From positions 12,287 through 76,286 of IMG/VR virus record IMGVR_UViG_3300049783_001054: 64,000 nucleotides of DNA; one strand, written 5' to 3'. This document shows, piece by piece, positions 1-10,357 of the stretch. A program made the translations under genes and the position numbers. The notes beneath the pieces were generated by a model. The model saw only the letters and a list, made by a program, of their open reading frames with translations. It searched no databases and was not told the origin of the DNA. This stretch comes from a virus. Numbering within the stretch: position 1 is the first letter of the stretch; the number at the start of each line of letters is the position of its first letter.

Positions 1-8
1 ATGGGAAG

Positions 9-3000
9 ATGCGTCCGGGACGTCTTGAAGATAACTCTACAACTGTAAGCCCCGTCACATACCAATCACACACACCGGGAGGTATCAGTGTGGCTCGTGC
101 AGTTCATGCTGATGCTGAAGCTACAGTTGAGGTTTACAATGCCTTAGCTGAAGCTTTCCCTGAGAGTTTTCCTGAAGGTAAGCTTAGTGTTAGTGGGTTA
201 AGAGGATTTGAGACTAAACTTAAAACTACACAAAATCTTATTGAATCAGATGTTGAAACAGAAACCACTACACAAACTGGGGGAAACCCCACCGGAGTTT
301 CTGGAGAGACTGGGGTTCAAGTAACAGAACGTACTCCTGAAAATACCTACGATGGTATGCATTCTAAATTTGAAAAAGGGTTTCAACCAACCAATACAAA
401 AGTTTCATACACAAATGGTAAAGACATTCTTGCTTTGGTTTCTGAAGTAAAAGGCAATGAAAACTACGTTGAGTTTGTTAATCTTCATCTTCAAAATTTA
501 ATGGATCGTGCCAACGAACGTCTTGCTACAATGAAAACTAATAAGTCTGATACCCAAACTATCAAAGATCGTATCTTAGATGGTGAAGACACTACACAGT
601 TCCGTCGTAACAAAAACACTATCTTAGTGGATCAGACTACAGGAGAGTACCACACAGACCTCTTATCTACTGCCGCAGTGGCTGTTCTTGATTGGCTCAG
701 TGGTGTTCGTTCGAGCAACCCACAATCACTAGCTGGTACTCTTGAAGATATGAATTTAACTTATTCTATGGTCACAGAGGAAAACATTAAAGATATTATG
801 TTTAGCGTTTCACCTCGTGATGTTGCAGAAGGTTTAAGTAAAGACATTGTTCGTATTTGGGGTGTAAAACTTAATAAAGATACACCAATGATTGATGCTC
901 GTGGTGCTATTGAAGGTATGGTTAAAGAGCTTCTTGAGTCATTACTTGATCTTAACACTGGATTGATTGAAACTAAAACGGTGCCTTATTTCAATACTGA
1001 GTTACAAAAAATTGTCTCACAGTCAGTTTTTAATGTGTTTCCTATGATGGAGATGCAGAAGACAATTGGTATGGAAGGACAGTTAGCTGTCAAAAAGCTA
1101 CTCACTCCTGAACTCAATAATATGCCTTCAATTGGGGCACCCTCACAGCATGTTGATAAAACTCAATCGCGTGGAGATATTAAACTTTCTAGTGTAGAAC
1201 GTACCTCTTTGCGGAATATTCAGAACCAAGGTCATGGATTAGCTGAGTCTTTTTCTAACATGATCTCATTGATTGGTTTAGAGGCTCTTGCCCCATACTT
1301 AGGTAAAAAAGATTTTAGTCATTTACATGCTCAACACCCTCTTCGTGCTTCAATTGTTGGTAAAAATCTTTCTATTGATAGAGACTTTGCTGAAGCAATG
1401 AGCATTGTAGATTCTATTAAAAATGCTGGCTTTACCATTAATGGGAAGCTTCCTGAAGTGTTTTACCGTGTTGGTATTTCTCGTGTTGGACGTCATCAGT
1501 TTAAAGGTATCAATCCTCAGAATAACAAAATTCTTCGTCCTTTAGTGACTCCTACTAAATCAACTTTAGATATGACCACTAAAAATCATAAAGATGCTTT
1601 TTGGCTCACAGTGGCTCAAGGTGCTGATATTTCTGGTTTTAATAAAGTTGAAAACCAAAAGCATTCTTATATTTTAGCAAACATTCAAAGAGTGTTTACT
1701 GAGAAGTATGGTGATGCAGTTAAGCTTATGGTTGATGGTATTAAATCAGGTGAGTTAATTGGCACAGATCTAATTAAAGCGATGGGTGGCACTGGTGAGA
1801 TGCAGCAGTTAAGTGCTGTGTTTGCTGTAGCTCAATTGCAGATTGCTATAGAAAATGGAACTCAGGATTCTTTCGAGACCACTCTATCTTTTGAGTTAGA
1901 TGGTAAGACTGATGGTCCGGGCAACATGATGGCAAACTTTGGTCAGGGAGTGCTTACTTCACAGGATTACATGAACTTTAAACGTGTTGGTTTCTTCCTT
2001 GGTTTATCTGATATGACTCTAAATAAGTTTTATGGAGAAGGTTCACAATTAGACTTGTATGAGCTTACAGCAAATAAAGGTCAGGAAGCTTTGTACAATG
2101 CTATTTCTAGAGACAACAATCACGGTAAGGAACGTCTCCACGCTATAGCAAGATTTGCTACTGCATTTGGAGATTTAATGGTTGTTAATGATTCATATGT
2201 CATGACAAGAAACACCGCTAAAAGCCCCATGACTAAAACAGTTTATGGTTCGACAGAGCGTGGTGTAGGTCAGGGTCTTGCTTCTGATATGCTTATAGAG
2301 ATGTATAAACAGTTAATTGAAAATCCTGATGGTATTTCAAAATATCCAGGTGGGCATGAAAGATTTGTAAAAGATTTTGAATTAGCTTTTGACACTTCAT
2401 ATCCTAATGTAAATTGGAATAACTCATATCTTGATAAGAAAAGTGTTGATAACTTTACTAAAATTGTGACATCAACATTAGGTAATGTGCTTTCTTCTAC
2501 AGCTAAAGAAGTTATTGGTGATGAAATTACTAAGGTGAATGATACCTTGGTTCTGATGACTGCTTTTCAGACAGAGTTTATGACTGCTAAATTTAATCAA
2601 TTACTAGATGAGATGGTTCAACTTCGTGTATCTCAAGGTAAGATCGGGGTTACAAAAAATCGTCTTAATCCTGATGGTAGTACTCGTAAGGGTACTCCTG
2701 ATAGGGCTTCACTTACTCAACATGATTATGATGAGGTTGTTGCACAGATTAGAGAATACTCACCTATTTACGCAAATGGTATTCAGACCCTTGATATAAG
2801 CTCTATGTCAGCTAGAGATAGTGGTATTAGATTATCATCATCTATGTCTGGCAGTTTTGAAATGGGGTCTTCTATGGTCTCACCCCAACTATCAGGGGTT
2901 AAAGTCATACCTTACATCACTCAAGGTAATGGTGATGCTATGATGATGAACAACATCTATGGGGGAAACAATGCTCCAAAAGGCACTCTTACAGTGTTTG

Positions 3001-6000
3001 ATGGTATTGATATGCCTATTGATAAAATTGCTGAATATGCTCAACAGATCAATAAGGCTGTTCTTCAAAACTGGGAAGCTGATGTTTTTGCTAGTATTGT
3101 AAAAGATATTGAAGGTTTCTTAGAGAAAACTTCTAATGATGGAGAACTATTAACTGCTGCTTGGCAGCGTGCTTTAGCTGCTGCTCAGAAAAAGAAAACA
3201 ACAGCCACGGCTAAAACACCAGAGACTATTGTTGCTGACATCATGGAAATGCATCGTTTGAACCAAGCAAGAAAAACAGTGTTCAAAAGGATTGGAGTTT
3301 CTGTAGATCATATGGGTGGGTCTAGTACTGCTTTTGTGCGTTCTACTGATGGGCGTGAATATACTTTAAATGAAATCAACAACATGATCAGACAGGAGCT
3401 TGGTCTTAGTCAGAACCCAGACACTGTTACTATTAACCCAGATGGCTCTATTGATGGTACTGCTACTGAGGTAAATACTGATACCTTACAGATTGGTGAT
3501 GGCACAAAAAGAACACCTGTTAAGGGTGAATTCTCCACATTGGTTGTCACAGATGGTGAAACTATTATTAATGGGTTGCTTCGTGAAACACGCAACCCTC
3601 TAATTGCTCACACCGTTCGTGTCTTAAAAAAGGCAGACATTAAAACTCGTATCGTAATTGGTTCTGCTCAAGAGGTTGGTGACTGGTATCAAATGAATTA
3701 TGGAGAAATGAAAGATGGGTTAGCACAAAACAGTGTTGCTCGTGCTTTGTTTGAAAATGTATCTTTACTTCTTCAAGATTTCTCTGCTCAAAATGATGTA
3801 GGTATTGATGCTTGGGAGTTAAATAAAAATGCTAATGATGTTAAAAAAATTGAAGCTTTTGTTATCAACTCATCTAAAGATGAGTTGATTGCTTTAGCTA
3901 AACATACTGGTATTTCTGTCAATGAATTAAACGATATCTTTATCGAGCTTTTTCAATCTAGTGATAAAACTTGGCCGTTTGAGAGCCTTAAAGAATTTAG
4001 AGAAGCTGTGATTAATGATCCTCGTCAGGATGATTTATTTGGTGCTCCATCAAATACTTTTAAAGTGACTAAGAAAGGTTTGTATGATCCCTTAAATGAT
4101 GTGATGCTTATCACAGATAACAACCATGAAACTTTGGTTCATGAGTTAATCCATGCTGCTACATTCCAAACTATCTTAGATCATTATAACGCAGGTGATA
4201 AATCTACTGGTGTGATTAAAGACTCTATTGTTCGTCTTGAATCTCTCATGGAAGAGTTCATGGATATGGACTTTAGTAATTCTGCACAAGCTGTGCAGGA
4301 TGCTGTTAACAGTGCAAAAGCTCAAATCTTAGGGTATCAGGTAAATAGTGATGCCTTTTCAAAGGCTGCTGCATTAAATGAGTTTATGTCTTGGTCTCTT
4401 TCTAATGAGAGTTTAATGAAAGAGTTAAGCCAAAGACCAACTACATTTATGGCTAGAATGTCTAAGATTGTTAAAGCTATGATGCAGCGTCTTTTAGGTG
4501 CTATTAAATCTGATATGTTTTCTAACATTCAGTTTAATACTGAGTTGCTTATTGATCCAGAATTAGTAAATGACATCTATGAAGATGACGGAAGTTCTAT
4601 TCCTCCCGATACAAATGATGATGGGGATCTTACACCTGCTGCACATAATTTTACTAACTTCTGGATTGATTTAATCAAACAGAGAATTGTTGAATCTTAT
4701 ACCCCTGAAGGAATAGTTAATCGTAAGCCTGCTCAGATTTCCAATTACCGTCTTAAAGCTCAAAAAGCATTAGACACTTTAAGTTTTGAAGGTTTCTCAT
4801 TTACTCCTTACCAACAGGAAACTTTCAAAGCTATCCATATGGTTCTTGCTTTAGAAATGCACCTTGATCCTCAGAGTTCTGCGGCTCTTAATGGTGTGTA
4901 TAATCACGTCACTGATAACCTCACTCCTGAGATGTTTGGGGATGTTAACCCAGAAGTGCGGTACTCTGCGGTCATGGAAGCTCTTGGGGCGTCTAAGAAT
5001 GATGAGGGTGTGTCAGATGCTATTGCTGTCTTACTGGCTCTCAGCCAGACTAGCAAAGGCTTCCGTGCAGCTATTGAACAGCTACCCATTCCTAAGTCAG
5101 TCCAAGGTGTTAGCACAGAATCTCTGAATGATTTCCTTGGTTCAATTGCAGGAATGTTGATGACTAAAGCTGTAGGTTCTATTGATACAGCCAATCAGAG
5201 TGTCTCAAAAACATTAGATCAAATCTCTGAAAGTATCATTCTCGAAGAGTCTGACAGAGAATTTAGAATTCTTTCTGGTCTTATGGAAAACATGAATAAA
5301 GCTGATGCATTTTTAAATGGAACATTCAAAAAGTTAGCTGAATACACAGAAGAGAAAAACAAGGAAGTTAGAAAATCTAATAGATCAGATCTAACCAAAT
5401 TAACAATGTCTTTTGTTACGGCTACGACTGCTTTCCTTGATCAAGATCGTGCTGAAAAACAAGCAACTGTTATTAGTGAGTATATGTATATGGGGTCTAG
5501 ATTAGACTCACTTGTGTTTGTTCGTGAATTTATGTCTGAGCTTATTGGTACAAATGCTCTTAATAAGAATGTTGTGGCTTTGTTAGATAAAGCTACCTAT
5601 TCAGCTTCCAGTGTCAGACAGAAATTCCGTGAGGAATTACCTGTCATTCTTCAGGATGCTTTTGATACTCATCCTAATGAGTCTCAGTGGCGTTCAAGTC
5701 ATAAGATTATGGGACGTACTGATTTCTCTGCCATCTATGATAGACAGAATCCTGATCAATCTTTTGAGATGATCAAGGATGAGAACATCATTGATAGTAA
5801 CATTAAACAGATTGAGGGTGCTCTAAACGCAAACTTATCTAAAAGTGTTGCCAGTACAATCATGAAAAAGAGTCAGCAGCTTGCTAACTTTATGAATGGT
5901 GAGGGTGCTGGTCATCAGCTTTGGAGAAATGCATATGCAATCAATCTGAAGTCAGGGGATTACACTCCAAAGCTTACAACTGAAATTGACCAACTGATTT

Positions 6001-7952
6001 CACTCTATGCCTTAAAAGGTTCTGATCCTGAAATGCGTAAAGATATTTACAGCATGTATGAGAATGATCCAATTGCTATGCAGAACTTAGTGATCATTCT
6101 TCAAGGTTTAAATAAAGAAGAAGACTCTAAATTGGTTTCAAACTCAGTTCGTCTTAATGGCTACAAAGGTTATATACCTGATCATGGTAGGGATAATGCT
6201 TCAGTTATTATTGCAAGAGATGATAGACGTTCTAGCCTTGAAAAAAGAGGCTATAAGCGTATTGCTGATGCCCCAACAGACAAAAAGTTTTCAACTATAA
6301 ATCGTGGATATTATGTGTCTAACACAAAACAGACTGGAACATACTCTCAGGGTGTTATGCAAATGATCCAAGACACATATCGTGGTGTTGATGCTACAAC
6401 AGGTTTAACTGTAAATGGTTACACGTCTGGAGTTATTTCTGGTGCTTCTGTTGTATCTATTACAGATGCTTTGAATAAAATGACTAAAGGTATCATTGAT
6501 AATAAAGAGGCTCTTCTTCCATCTTATGATGAAGATGGGATCATACATTACGAGAGATATATTAACCCTGATATTCTTGAAACCCATACAAGACCTAAAT
6601 CTAATCTTGCATTGATGTTAGGTGCATGGGCTGGTCGTCAAGTTGAAGAGAAAACTGGTCAGGTATATAATGAGATTTTGATTGATGAGTTAAAACGTAT
6701 TCATGATATTCGTGAAAAGGGAGATGATGGTTTGTTTGTTAATCTTCCTGATGAAGCTATGAAGATGGTGAATTGGAATAATGCCTCAAAAGCACAACGC
6801 AAAAAACTAACAAAACCAGATCAAATTTATGTGGATAGCTGGAATGTTATTTCTCCTCAAACTAAGAAACACATTGAACAAGTGTTTGGTGAAGGTAATT
6901 TTTATGTTCGCAAAGATCAGATGAATCTTGCATTAGGATATCGTGATCCGTCTGTAATTGATTTATGGACTGGAAACACAAGACTTCCTGCCGCTGTACA
7001 GGAGGGGGTGCAAGCCATCACAAATGTATTCATGGGTAAGCAGGCCATGCGTAACTTAGCTGCCGTAGAGGGTGGCATACAGGGAGTCGTTTCCACAGCT
7101 AAGGATGTTATTGTGGTTCGATCACTTGTGATCCCGTACATGAACACTCAGGCAAACGTGGTGCAGTTAAGCACAAGAGGGGTTCCTATCAAGGAACAAT
7201 TTAAAGGGTATAAAAGTAAGCTTGCTGAAATTGAACAATTTAACATCAATAGCAAAAAGATAATTGAGATTGATATTAGAATTCAATTAGCTGATACTGA
7301 TAAAAATAAGGTTCGTATTCTCGAAGGTCAGCGTCAAGTTATCCAAGATCAGAATGCTCGTTTTTCTATTGCACCTTTAATTAAAGCGGGTGCTTACAAA
7401 AACATTTCTGAAGGTCTTACTGAAATGGACGTTGATATTACTTCTGGACGTATAGGGGAATGGGTGGATGCTAAGATAAACAAATTACCTAATAGTGTTC
7501 AAACCATTGCTAAGTATGGTTTACTGTCTAAAGATACTGCCATTTACAGAGGTGCAAACAAAGCAGTTCAGTATGGTGATTTCATTGCTAAATCTATTTA
7601 CTATGATCACTTGCTTAAATCAGGTTTAAGTTCTGAAGATGCTATGAAATCAGTAAACGAAGAGTTTGTGAATTACTCAGTTCTTCCGGGTAGAATGCGT
7701 CAATATAATGAAGGTATAGGTGCTACATGGTTCTTAACATTCAAGATTAGAATTGCAAAAATTGCTATGAACCAAATACGTGAGAACCCAGTTAGATCGT
7801 TGATATTAGCAGCTACTATTGCAGACCAAGGTTCACCGCAGGCAGATAACCTCGTCTCTACTATTGTTGATGAGAAGCTTGGGTATTCGATGGGTTGGGG
7901 TATGTTATTAAATGCAGGTGGTCTTAACCCTTGGGTTAACCTCTCTGATTAA
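9..7952 (+). CDS. Virion-encapsidated RNA polymerase (N4 gp50-like), probably truncated at the 5' window edge
   Basis: 2647+ aa ORF with single-subunit RNAP motifs A (LSFELDGKTDG), B (RNTAKSPMTKTVYG) and C (TVFDGID), plus a zincin-like HELIH motif. Appears Cys-free. Converges on the replication arm as in N4. Confidence 0.96.
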   Translation: MRPGRLEDNSTTVSPVTYQSHTPGGISVARAVHADAEATVEVYNALAEAFPESFPEGKLSVSGLRGFETKLKTTQNLIESDVETETTTQTGGNPTGVSGETGVQVTERTPENTYDGMHSKFEKGFQPTNTKVSYTNGKDILALVSEVKGNENYVEFVNLHLQNLMDRANERLATMKTNKSDTQTIKDRILDGEDTTQFRRNKNTILVDQTTGEYHTDLLSTAAVAVLDWLSGVRSSNPQSLAGTLEDMNLTYSMVTEENIKDIMFSVSPRDVAEGLSKDIVRIWGVKLNKDTPMIDARGAIEGMVKELLESLLDLNTGLIETKTVPYFNTELQKIVSQSVFNVFPMMEMQKTIGMEGQLAVKKLLTPELNNMPSIGAPSQHVDKTQSRGDIKLSSVERTSLRNIQNQGHGLAESFSNMISLIGLEALAPYLGKKDFSHLHAQHPLRASIVGKNLSIDRDFAEAMSIVDSIKNAGFTINGKLPEVFYRVGISRVGRHQFKGINPQNNKILRPLVTPTKSTLDMTTKNHKDAFWLTVAQGADISGFNKVENQKHSYILANIQRVFTEKYGDAVKLMVDGIKSGELIGTDLIKAMGGTGEMQQLSAVFAVAQLQIAIENGTQDSFETTLSFELDGKTDGPGNMMANFGQGVLTSQDYMNFKRVGFFLGLSDMTLNKFYGEGSQLDLYELTANKGQEALYNAISRDNNHGKERLHAIARFATAFGDLMVVNDSYVMTRNTAKSPMTKTVYGSTERGVGQGLASDMLIEMYKQLIENPDGISKYPGGHERFVKDFELAFDTSYPNVNWNNSYLDKKSVDNFTKIVTSTLGNVLSSTAKEVIGDEITKVNDTLVLMTAFQTEFMTAKFNQLLDEMVQLRVSQGKIGVTKNRLNPDGSTRKGTPDRASLTQHDYDEVVAQIREYSPIYANGIQTLDISSMSARDSGIRLSSSMSGSFEMGSSMVSPQLSGVKVIPYITQGNGDAMMMNNIYGGNNAPKGTLTVFDGIDMPIDKIAEYAQQINKAVLQNWEADVFASIVKDIEGFLEKTSNDGELLTAAWQRALAAAQKKKTTATAKTPETIVADIMEMHRLNQARKTVFKRIGVSVDHMGGSSTAFVRSTDGREYTLNEINNMIRQELGLSQNPDTVTINPDGSIDGTATEVNTDTLQIGDGTKRTPVKGEFSTLVVTDGETIINGLLRETRNPLIAHTVRVLKKADIKTRIVIGSAQEVGDWYQMNYGEMKDGLAQNSVARALFENVSLLLQDFSAQNDVGIDAWELNKNANDVKKIEAFVINSSKDELIALAKHTGISVNELNDIFIELFQSSDKTWPFESLKEFREAVINDPRQDDLFGAPSNTFKVTKKGLYDPLNDVMLITDNNHETLVHELIHAATFQTILDHYNAGDKSTGVIKDSIVRLESLMEEFMDMDFSNSAQAVQDAVNSAKAQILGYQVNSDAFSKAAALNEFMSWSLSNESLMKELSQRPTTFMARMSKIVKAMMQRLLGAIKSDMFSNIQFNTELLIDPELVNDIYEDDGSSIPPDTNDDGDLTPAAHNFTNFWIDLIKQRIVESYTPEGIVNRKPAQISNYRLKAQKALDTLSFEGFSFTPYQQETFKAIHMVLALEMHLDPQSSAALNGVYNHVTDNLTPEMFGDVNPEVRYSAVMEALGASKNDEGVSDAIAVLLALSQTSKGFRAAIEQLPIPKSVQGVSTESLNDFLGSIAGMLMTKAVGSIDTANQSVSKTLDQISESIILEESDREFRILSGLMENMNKADAFLNGTFKKLAEYTEEKNKEVRKSNRSDLTKLTMSFVTATTAFLDQDRAEKQATVISEYMYMGSRLDSLVFVREFMSELIGTNALNKNVVALLDKATYSASSVRQKFREELPVILQDAFDTHPNESQWRSSHKIMGRTDFSAIYDRQNPDQSFEMIKDENIIDSNIKQIEGALNANLSKSVASTIMKKSQQLANFMNGEGAGHQLWRNAYAINLKSGDYTPKLTTEIDQLISLYALKGSDPEMRKDIYSMYENDPIAMQNLVIILQGLNKEEDSKLVSNSVRLNGYKGYIPDHGRDNASVIIARDDRRSSLEKRGYKRIADAPTDKKFSTINRGYYVSNTKQTGTYSQGVMQMIQDTYRGVDATTGLTVNGYTSGVISGASVVSITDALNKMTKGIIDNKEALLPSYDEDGIIHYERYINPDILETHTRPKSNLALMLGAWAGRQVEEKTGQVYNEILIDELKRIHDIREKGDDGLFVNLPDEAMKMVNWNNASKAQRKKLTKPDQIYVDSWNVISPQTKKHIEQVFGEGNFYVRKDQMNLALGYRDPSVIDLWTGNTRLPAAVQEGVQAITNVFMGKQAMRNLAAVEGGIQGVVSTAKDVIVVRSLVIPYMNTQANVVQLSTRGVPIKEQFKGYKSKLAEIEQFNINSKKIIEIDIRIQLADTDKNKVRILEGQRQVIQDQNARFSIAPLIKAGAYKNISEGLTEMDVDITSGRIGEWVDAKINKLPNSVQTIAKYGLLSKDTAIYRGANKAVQYGDFIAKSIYYDHLLKSGLSSEDAMKSVNEEFVNYSVLPGRMRQYNEGIGATWFLTFKIRIAKIAMNQIRENPVRSLILAATIADQGSPQADNLVSTIVDEKLGYSMGWGMLLNAGGLNPWVNLSD

Positions 7953-7955
7953 TAA

Positions 7956-7997
7956 AGTGGGGGGACAGGATGTACCTTTCCTGTCCCCATTTCCACT
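7956..7997. terminator. Hairpin between convergent transcription units
   Basis: GGGGACAGGA/TCCTGTCCCC stem extended by AGTGG/CCACT, directly after the vRNAP stop. Confidence 0.7.
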
Positions 7998-8157
7998 GAA
8001 GATTTTGGTTAGTTAGACCATTCTATCTGGAATCTTCACAGATATTACCGCAGTTACAGGCGCGGATTATGCCCTTTCTTAGGGTTTGTTAACTATTGGC
8101 CTAAGCCCAACGATACTAAGTTCATAGGACACTACATCCCATGCTTAATATTAGGGG

Positions 8158-8260
8158 TGGAAAGGGTTGGGCTTGAACCAACGACATACTGAAAAGTGTT
8201 AAAGGTTCTAGCTTTACCACGTATTACATCAGTCTGCTCTCCCAACTGAGCTACCTCTCC
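8158..8260 (-). tRNA. tRNA-like gene with ~31-nt insertion in the anticodon loop (possible intron-containing tRNA, GUA anticodon if spliced at 37/38)
   Basis: Acceptor GGAGAGG/CCTTTCC-A; D arm GCTC-AGTTGGGA-GAGC; T arm GTTGG-TTCAAGC-CCAAC; ACTGA/TCAGT stem encloses an enlarged loop with an internal hairpin; followed by CCC rather than CCA. Confidence 0.75.
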
Positions 8261-8433
8261 AAACTCTTTGAATTTTGTAGGGAAGTCCCTAAGCCCATGA
8301 TTAAGGACTTCCCTGATTTTGCTTCGCACTGGCTTACACAATGACATCCAGTTTACTCTGGCCTTATCCCCTTCTACGATTTCAGAAGTTCGTCTGGATA
8401 AGTAGAACATAATCTTCCTCGTTTCCTGATTTC

Positions 8434-8631
8434 TCAGGAATCTTTTTTATCAGTTTTAGATTCATCATCATATTCTCTAGTAATAAACCATATAAACCAT
8501 AGGATACAGAAAACTATAAACACTGGTGTTAGGATTGCTACAAGAGTTATGATAAAGAATGTAACAGCTACAATAGCTACTGATAAAAAACCAAAAAGAA
8601 AGATTAAACCTATAAGTTTAAATTTGCTCAT
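8434..8631 (-). CDS. Small membrane protein
   Basis: 65 aa with a long hydrophobic stretch and charged C-tail; overlaps the upstream stop codon. Confidence 0.7.
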   Translation of the reverse strand: MSKFKLIGLIFLFGFLSVAIVAVTFFIITLVAILTPVFIVFCILWFIWFITREYDDESKTDKKDS

Positions 8632-9488
8632 TGATCAAAGATCGACGCTTTCTTTGGAGTACTTTCGATTTTAACGGGGGTATCACCCTTGGAGGATTCC
8701 TTTTCCTCGTCCCCAAAAAGGTTTTTTGAGGCACTTCCTTTCGTTTCGCTGGACGAGGTATCCTTAGATTCCTCTTCTGTTGACTTAATAGTTCCTGTGC
8801 TATCGTTATCGCTGCTGTCTTCAGTATGTACGTCCACATCCGGTTCTGGCTCCTTAGTCTTGTTTTTGGAACCAGCAGGACGCCCACCTCTTTTCTTTGG
8901 AGTAGAAGGGGTGGTGGTGTTTGTAGTCTTAGATTCGCCCATCAACACTTCAGCAGTGATAACACCATTATCATCTGATGTGAGTTCAACACCTGTTGCA
9001 CCAGACACATTTAGTACATCAAATACGTAGGATTCAAGGGCAGTCTGGATATCATCTTCTTCGAGTAGGATACGCATTACGTCTCCCTTTCTTGGTTCAA
9101 TTTCTGTTATAATTACAAGTATATATTCGTCTGAAGCAAAGCCTCCAAACCCAAAAGAAACACTATCAAGAAATTTCCAATTATCATCCTCAATAATACC
9201 AGCATGTACTAAAGTATCTGAAAAGAATTTATCTACAATTGAGCAAATATTTGCTACATCAAACTCTTTTTTGGTTTTAGCAAAAACTTTATACTCAAGA
9301 CGAATTCTACCTAATTTTGGTATATTACTATTTTTTAGAAGTTTTTTACCATGCTCTTGAAATTTATTTTTCAAGGATGAAAGACTTCTGAAATGGAGAT
9401 TGCGATAAATATTGAGATTTAAAGCTGTTACCTTCTTACTTGAGGTACGTATCCGCATTGGAAGCTTTAAAGTGTATTCTTTATTCAT
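8628..9488 (-). CDS. RusA-like Holliday junction resolvase running in frame into an acidic/low-complexity domain (internal start at 9077)
   Basis: RusA-type motif FDVAN...D.LVHAGIIEDD; AAGGAG RBS before ATG 9488; second RBS (AAGGGAG) before in-frame ATG 9077. Confidence 0.7.
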   Translation of the reverse strand: MNKEYTLKLPMRIRTSSKKVTALNLNIYRNLHFRSLSSLKNKFQEHGKKLLKNSNIPKLGRIRLEYKVFAKTKKEFDVANICSIVDKFFSDTLVHAGIIEDDNWKFLDSVSFGFGGFASDEYILVIITEIEPRKGDVMRILLEEDDIQTALESYVFDVLNVSGATGVELTSDDNGVITAEVLMGESKTTNTTTPSTPKKRGGRPAGSKNKTKEPEPDVDVHTEDSSDNDSTGTIKSTEEESKDTSSSETKGSASKNLFGDEEKESSKGDTPVKIESTPKKASIFDQ

Positions 9489-9522
9489 CACAATCTCCTT
9501 CAAACTGATGGTACTTAAACTA

Positions 9523-10326
9523 TCAGTCAGCAAACAAGTCAACTGGAGCAGAAGACTTTGCAGCACCATCAGGCTTAGAGAAGGACTTACCTTCAGCAGT
9601 TCCCTTACCAGTAGACTTATCATAAGTCTTACCTTGATTCTGGCTCAACCACTTAGGGGCATAAAGGCTCTGGCTTTCATCCATCTTAGCGATGGCTTTC
9701 CTAACATCTCTAGCATTGAGAACATCATGAAAGTTGCCACCAAGACTTTCAACAAACCTACTAACATCACTGATAGTGACAAGCTTTTCTTCGGGGAAAA
9801 ACTTAACAATCTCGTTAATATCACGAGTATCACCAGTAGGTTGATACTTACCGTCGATGAGTTTAGTTTTATCAACTGTTTGGCGCTGAAGAGCAACTTG
9901 AATCATCTCACCATGAAGCTCCGAGAAGCAATCAACGGCTTGAGGCATTTCCTTCTTAGCTTCAAAATCCCAAAGATTGAATGTAAGTTTTTCAACATCC
10001 ATTTCACCAAGATCTTTACTGGCCACCAGCATAGTCAGTGAGCTAACCAGATTATATCCCGGAAGGTTTTTTTCCTCTCCAGTCTTTTTATCCTTATAGG
10101 TTAGACCTCCAGAACGATTAGAAACCCAAATCTGTTGACGAACCTCACGGCCATTAATCTCAAGAATGAGATTAAAACTGTCAGCATCTGATTTTGCAGC
10201 TTTAGAAGTGTAAGCTGTCTTAATCTTAGCTGTGTAAATATCAGAGTCGATAGCTCCACCGCCACCAACATAATCATCCTCAACATCATTGGAGGCAGAC
10301 TTTTTACTTGCAAAAATATTGCTCAT
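9523..10326 (-). CDS. Single-stranded DNA-binding protein (N4 gp45-like)
   Basis: 267 aa; GGGA.DS.IY..KIK.AY N-terminus, NLPGY motif, C-terminal DLF; N4 synteny. Confidence 0.88.
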   Translation of the reverse strand: MSNIFASKKSASNDVEDDYVGGGGAIDSDIYTAKIKTAYTSKAAKSDADSFNLILEINGREVRQQIWVSNRSGGLTYKDKKTGEEKNLPGYNLVSSLTMLVASKDLGEMDVEKLTFNLWDFEAKKEMPQAVDCFSELHGEMIQVALQRQTVDKTKLIDGKYQPTGDTRDINEIVKFFPEEKLVTISDVSRFVESLGGNFHDVLNARDVRKAIAKMDESQSLYAPKWLSQNQGKTYDKSTGKGTAEGKSFSKPDGAAKSSAPVDLFAD

Positions 10327-10357
10327 AGTTGTTTTCTTTCTTTAAAGTTTTAATTTG

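Noticed and set aside
8132-8410. 92-aa minus-strand ORF
   Set aside because: It runs through the tRNA-like gene and has no recognisable protein features, so it is probably spurious.
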